A stretch of DNA of 64,000 nucleotides from NCBI GenBank assembly GCA_025966525.1, contig JAPDIG010000001.1:13435-77434 (forward strand). The letters are read 5' to 3'. Source of the stretch: Candidatus Methanophagales archaeon. GTDB taxonomy: Archaea > Halobacteriota > Syntropharchaeia > Alkanophagales > Methanospirareceae. Below, in pieces: positions 60,162 through 64,000 of this stretch. A program made the position numbers and the translations under genes. Under the pieces are notes generated by a model. That model was not told the origin of the DNA and did no database searches. It saw only the letters and a program-made list of their open reading frames with translations. The first letter of the stretch is position 1. Every line of letters starts with the position of its first letter.

Positions 60162-60189
60162 AAATAAATATAAGGAGGTGAATTGAGAG

Positions 60190-60399
60190 ATGAACGAATT
60201 TGATATAACCGAAGGTGGAACTATCGAATTTTATTATCTGACGAGGAAATCAGACGGTAGAAGGTTCACTTGCATGCTGTATTACGATCCGACATTAGAC
60301 TATGAAGGCGAAATCATTGAAGCGCATGATGAAAAAACAGTCACTAAAGAGGAAAAAGAGGCGGTGAAGAAAGCGATCCAAAAGTTCTTAGGAAATTAA
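60190..60399 (+). CDS. hypothetical protein
   Basis: 69-aa ORF after the RBS aaggaggtg. Confidence 0.35.
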   Translation: MNEFDITEGGTIEFYYLTRKSDGRRFTCMLYYDPTLDYEGEIIEAHDEKTVTKEEKEAVKKAIQKFLGN

Positions 60400-60459
60400 T
60401 CACTTGCGAAAATAAAAAACGAACCAAACAAAAATAAATATAAGGAGGTGGATTTGGAA

Positions 60460-60939
60460 ATGGTGAATTGTGTAGAAGAATCGGCAGAAAATAAAGAGAA
60501 AGAATTAGAAATGTGCCACTTGTGGGTAGAGAGGGATTTCTCAAGCATACCTGTTGCTTTAATAGAGAAAGCATACAAAGATGACTATTACGATGAGATA
60601 GAGATTCTCGCGCCTACATTCGAGGATTACAAGAAGGAATATCGAGAAGAACATCAATGCGAAGTGGAATGTGATGAATGCCCTAATGAGTCATGTTTGG
60701 AAGCGTATGAAGAGTGGTATCCAAAGATTCCTATGTGGGGATGGGTATTCGCACCCAAGGATCCGTGTGATAGAGAATGGATAAGAATGCACGCCGATAA
60801 GGTTGCCGATTGCGGTTTTATCGTATACGAAACCGATGAGATTGGTGTGTACCTTGGTGTCAACGGTGCAGGCTACGACTTTTACGAAGCGCACTGGCTA
60901 CCGCTGTACAGAGCACGAGGATTGAAATGGCATATATAA
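60460..60939 (+). CDS. hypothetical Cys-rich protein
   Basis: Start reassigned to the ATG after aaggaggtg. Contains CEVECDECPNESC. Confidence 0.35.
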   Translation: MVNCVEESAENKEKELEMCHLWVERDFSSIPVALIEKAYKDDYYDEIEILAPTFEDYKKEYREEHQCEVECDECPNESCLEAYEEWYPKIPMWGWVFAPKDPCDREWIRMHADKVADCGFIVYETDEIGVYLGVNGAGYDFYEAHWLPLYRARGLKWHI

Positions 60940-60958
60940 CGGAAGGAGGTGAGAGAAT

Positions 60959-61408
60959 ATGCACGCATTGATATACATTATAGTTGCGGCTGAGGAAGAG
61001 GGTGAAGCGCTTGCAACGGCAGAAGACTGCGTCATGGAATGGACAAAGAAGTATGGTGTGGACTATTATTCCATGCCGAACGAGATTTACTTCAAGGAGA
61101 GATGGGGCGAGCGGAAAGTGATTCCGATAGACTCCGAAGAAGGCAAAAAGCTGGTAGAAGAATTGATGATAGACAATGTAAATGTAATGCACGAAGAGTT
61201 CAAAAAGGCAGAGGAGGCAATTAGCAAAAAAGATTTTGACGATGCGCTCTATCATCTCAAGATGGCAGGTGGACACCCGTTTAGCATGAACGGTTTCATT
61301 GATACTGGTGAGCCATTATTTTCTGAAGAGCAAATCGATATATTGCGTAAAAACGCTTGTGCGAACGAGGAGAAAGTCTGGCTTGTGCCTGTTGATATTC
61401 ATTACTGA
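60959..61408 (+). CDS. hypothetical protein
   Basis: 149-aa ORF after the RBS ggaggtg. Confidence 0.35.
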   Translation: MHALIYIIVAAEEEGEALATAEDCVMEWTKKYGVDYYSMPNEIYFKERWGERKVIPIDSEEGKKLVEELMIDNVNVMHEEFKKAEEAISKKDFDDALYHLKMAGGHPFSMNGFIDTGEPLFSEEQIDILRKNACANEEKVWLVPVDIHY

Positions 61409-61720
61409 GAAGAAATGCAAGCGATGAATTCACTAATTGATAAAATCAAATCTTTCGAGTGGTGTTGGCATATCAATAGCTCAATAGGAGGACACGATTG
61501 CTGGGATGAGAAACTCCAAGCGATAGGTAAGGTAATCAACGCCGAAAAGATAATTAGACAACTCTTTTACACTATGTTCATCGGAGAGGATGCTGATTTG
61601 GTAAGAATACCGTGCTTTGCCGAGTTCGATAACGAAGGGACAGGGTTTGAACTGTTCTATAAAGACTCACACACGGACGCGAAGTGGTATATGAAGAAAA
61701 AATGTTAGGAGGTAGTTAAC

Positions 61721-61954
61721 ATGCCAAAATGCCCGAAATGTGGGAAAGAGATAGACTATCTAAGGGATCTCATGTTGGAAGAATTCAAATTGACAGTTGA
61801 CGAGAACGGCTATGTTCATTACGAGCTTGTTGACGCTTCGGTTCTTAATCGTGGCGATGAATATAAATGCCCCAAATGCTCTGCGCTTCTATTCAGAGAT
61901 GAGAAAGAAGCGGTAAAGTTCCTCAGGGGCGAAACATCACAAAAACGAGAGTAG
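61721..61954 (+). CDS. Zinc-ribbon protein
   Basis: MPKCPKCGKEIDY...KCPKCSALLF. Confidence 0.4.
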   Translation: MPKCPKCGKEIDYLRDLMLEEFKLTVDENGYVHYELVDASVLNRGDEYKCPKCSALLFRDEKEAVKFLRGETSQKRE

Positions 61955-62920
61955 CGTGCGCTGGTTGGGATCCCAAGTGCTACTCGTAAGCGGCTTTTCC
62001 ACGCTATCATCACCAACTCCTCGCCTGTTCAGTCTCCTCATCTCCAGATAGTATTCATAAGCTTTGTTTTTTATCCACTGTGAGCGAGTGTGGTTGGTAA
62101 TGCACTTGCGATAGAATTCCATCCCTAAATCCGCCTGTTTCTGTTTGACAATAAGAAATGGCCGCACTTGCTTGAGTATTTTATATGTCTTTTCACCACC
62201 CACGCTCCAAACTTTGAGATCTTTCCAATTTTTTGTTTTATATCTCCTCCATGATGTCCAACCACCATAGTTCGCTTCGAGCCAGTCAATTAGCCGAGTG
62301 TCGGTGTTCGCTATTACCAGTCCGAGAAGATAGGCATAATAATTCTTTGAAGGTTGGCTGGCGTGGTAAATAAAAATCATCCCTTCTGCATCAATGACTG
62401 AAGCGAGATAAATCAATTTTTCCCTCTCGGTTAACTCCAGTATCTCTCGTTTTGTGTGTGATTCACATGCTATGCAACCACTTTTTCCACGAGCATTCAA
62501 TTCATGCATTTTGGCATGGTACGTTTCCTCTCTTGATATTAACCATCTCGGTCTTAATACCCCTTTCTGTTTCAACCTGATACAATTCCGGTAGAAGTCT
62601 ATTGCTAATTCTGCTTGTCGGTCTTTTAATAAAAGATATGGTTGAACATCGCAGATTAACTTATATGCATCTTTGTCATGCAAACGCCACTGCTTTAACG
62701 GCTTGCATGTCGTAGGAGGGTTGCATCCGTTTTTTACTTTACCGCGAAAGTTCCTAATTAGCCACCGTATTATATCAAGATTTGTACTTGATATATCAAG
62801 GTTAAGCTGGTATGCTTTTCGTCCCGCTGATAGATACTGCCGTATGCTAATACAACCGTCACAATCGATATAACCCGCTAAATAGATTAGCTTCTCCCGC
62901 TTATTCATCTCTCCTGTCAT
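61937..62920 (-). CDS. Double-motif LAGLIDADG homing endonuclease (free-standing)
   Basis: Two dodecapeptides, LIYLAGYIDCDGCI and LIYLASVIDAEGMI. Confidence 0.65.
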   Translation of the reverse strand: MTGEMNKREKLIYLAGYIDCDGCISIRQYLSAGRKAYQLNLDISSTNLDIIRWLIRNFRGKVKNGCNPPTTCKPLKQWRLHDKDAYKLICDVQPYLLLKDRQAELAIDFYRNCIRLKQKGVLRPRWLISREETYHAKMHELNARGKSGCIACESHTKREILELTEREKLIYLASVIDAEGMIFIYHASQPSKNYYAYLLGLVIANTDTRLIDWLEANYGGWTSWRRYKTKNWKDLKVWSVGGEKTYKILKQVRPFLIVKQKQADLGMEFYRKCITNHTRSQWIKNKAYEYYLEMRRLNRRGVGDDSVEKPLTSSTWDPNQRTLLSFL

Positions 62921-63073
62921 CTTTGGCCAATAATAATATTAACTTCCACTATATAAATAGTTTATAGGGTGCAGCGTATGACATTGTTTTTTCTCTGTCA
63001 TCTTTGGCCAGCGCTGCACCCACTCCTCTGATCTTCATAAAAAGCTCTAAAAAAACATTAAAACCGAATTAAA

Positions 63074-63673
63074 ATGGTAAACATAAGTAGCTTAGTGGAA
63101 GCTTTCGGTAGCGATAGCAAGAAAGACGGGAAATATGAGCGAAGACGCAAAATAAAAGCGATACTTATAACAGTTCTCTTCGTAATGTCCACAGCGTCGT
63201 TTCAAGATTTCGTTTTGGAAGAAGCTGTACAAATGTACAATTTCGGTATTATGAGCATAGTGATGAACAAGGACTGGGACATGCTTAGAGAAGAGCTACC
63301 AAAGTATCAAGCATTCCACGACACATGTCTGAAATTGCACTATGTCTGTACTGTTCTTAATCCTTTCACAGGCATTTTCTTTCAAAACTTCTACGAAGCG
63401 GATCAATACAAAATAGATGTATGGACGCGCTTAGTAAACCGTCACGACAGCAGATTCCGAATAGTGGTTGCGGGCGAGGTAGTGGATGCGCATGTAAACG
63501 GTGATGGTACGGGTGTGATAATAGTTGATACAGGGAGTGTAAGGGAATATATTGTGGTACCGTTCCCGGAGGTGACACCGATGCCGAAGAAGGGCGAGTT
63601 AGTGCAGTTGGAATGTGCCGAAAAGTACATTAGGGGCACGAAAAGGCTGGAGTTAGTGGAGTTTGCGGCATGA
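63074..63673 (+). CDS. hypothetical protein
   Basis: 199-aa ORF preceded by an AT-rich region. Confidence 0.3.
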   Translation: MVNISSLVEAFGSDSKKDGKYERRRKIKAILITVLFVMSTASFQDFVLEEAVQMYNFGIMSIVMNKDWDMLREELPKYQAFHDTCLKLHYVCTVLNPFTGIFFQNFYEADQYKIDVWTRLVNRHDSRFRIVVAGEVVDAHVNGDGTGVIIVDTGSVREYIVVPFPEVTPMPKKGELVQLECAEKYIRGTKRLELVEFAA

Positions 63674-64000
63674 GGTGAAGGAAATGAAACCGAAAATAAG
63701 TGAAATAGATAGCGGGTACTATCGTGTAACACTTGGTGATGGCAAGCCTGGCACGGAGGATTGGCGTGCTAACGGCACGGTGCTAGTAGAGGCAACGATT
63801 GCGAATTACGTGATGAAGCGGTTGGGTAAGCGTGAGATAGACCGAGAAGTGCTTGTTGAAGCTGCAGCGTTCCAGCAGGAAATGGATGCAGAGATTGAAA
63901 AGCGAGAAAACAACGACGGGAAATTGCAAACACTGTTCCAAAACTTCCAGAAGCAATCAAAAAACGAAACTGGCGAAATAAATGAATAATAGGAAGTGAG

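Noticed and set aside
1-64000. rRNA genes, CRISPR arrays, Y1 transposase (tnpA), tyrosine/serine integrase
   Set aside because: I looked for long direct-repeat/spacer arrays, rRNA-like conserved stretches and integrase motifs and saw none. Integrase absence cannot be excluded without profile searches.

Overview
The window looks like an archaeal-type chromosomal or mobile-element region. I infer this from three IS200/IS605-family tnpB-only insertion sequences, an intron-containing tRNA, an Hjc-like resolvase, Thr-Pro linker surface proteins and LAGLIDADG endonucleases. No rRNA or CRISPR array is visible.

Main content, in order along the window:

1. 0.7-5.5 kb (minus strand): a parallel beta-helix repeat protein, a LAGLIDADG-like gene and three unassigned proteins.
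2. 6.3-11.3 kb (plus strand): a glycan-modification cassette with a GT-B glycosyltransferase fused to a SAM methyltransferase, a second glycosyltransferase, a short UDP-glucose dehydrogenase-family enzyme with a GGxCxPKD site, and a NodU/CmcH-type carbamoyltransferase.
3. 11.3-14.3 kb (minus strand): unassigned genes, including a paralogous pair, that are possibly structural.
4. One complete tnpB-only IS (about 18.5-20.16 kb) and two roughly 0.3-0.4 kb deletion derivatives of it (about 14.38-14.78 kb and 47.50-47.88 kb). The derivatives keep the left-end hairpin plus the last roughly 270 nt of tnpB and the right-end hairpin, which is the region that encodes the omega/re-RNA in this family. Two further, diverged tnpB elements sit at 36.1-37.5 kb and 48.8-50.1 kb.
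5. 20197-27111: a 2304-aa multi-domain surface protein with Ig-like, staphylococcal-nuclease, PKD and dockerin-type domains. A GT2 glycosyltransferase lies immediately upstream and is co-oriented.
6. 28.0-30.3 kb: a cluster of a methyltransferase, a caspase-like His/Cys protein, an Ig-like protein and an Hjc-like nuclease.
7. 30-36 kb: a long unidirectional array of small overlapping ORFs of virus/plasmid type.
8. 39297-40817: a clear Ro60/TROVE (Rsr) orthologue. Directly upstream on the same strand are a compact structured tRNA-mimic element, which I propose as a Y-RNA-like RNA, and an intron-containing tRNA-Thr(UGU).
9. 43.5-46 kb: two Thr-Pro-repeat secreted proteins.
10. 50202-52664: a primase-polymerase / zinc-finger / SF3-helicase replication protein, next to an iteron-rich putative origin at 52.66-53.1 kb.
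11. 53-64 kb (plus strand): a second array of small genes, including AbrB-like, RadC/JAB-like, zinc-ribbon and LAGLIDADG genes, preceded by a recurring AAAAACGAAC ... AAGGAGGTG upstream motif.

The most interesting candidates are the Rsr plus tRNA-mimic RNA module, the solo omega-RNA-bearing IS derivatives, and the giant nuclease-carrying surface protein.
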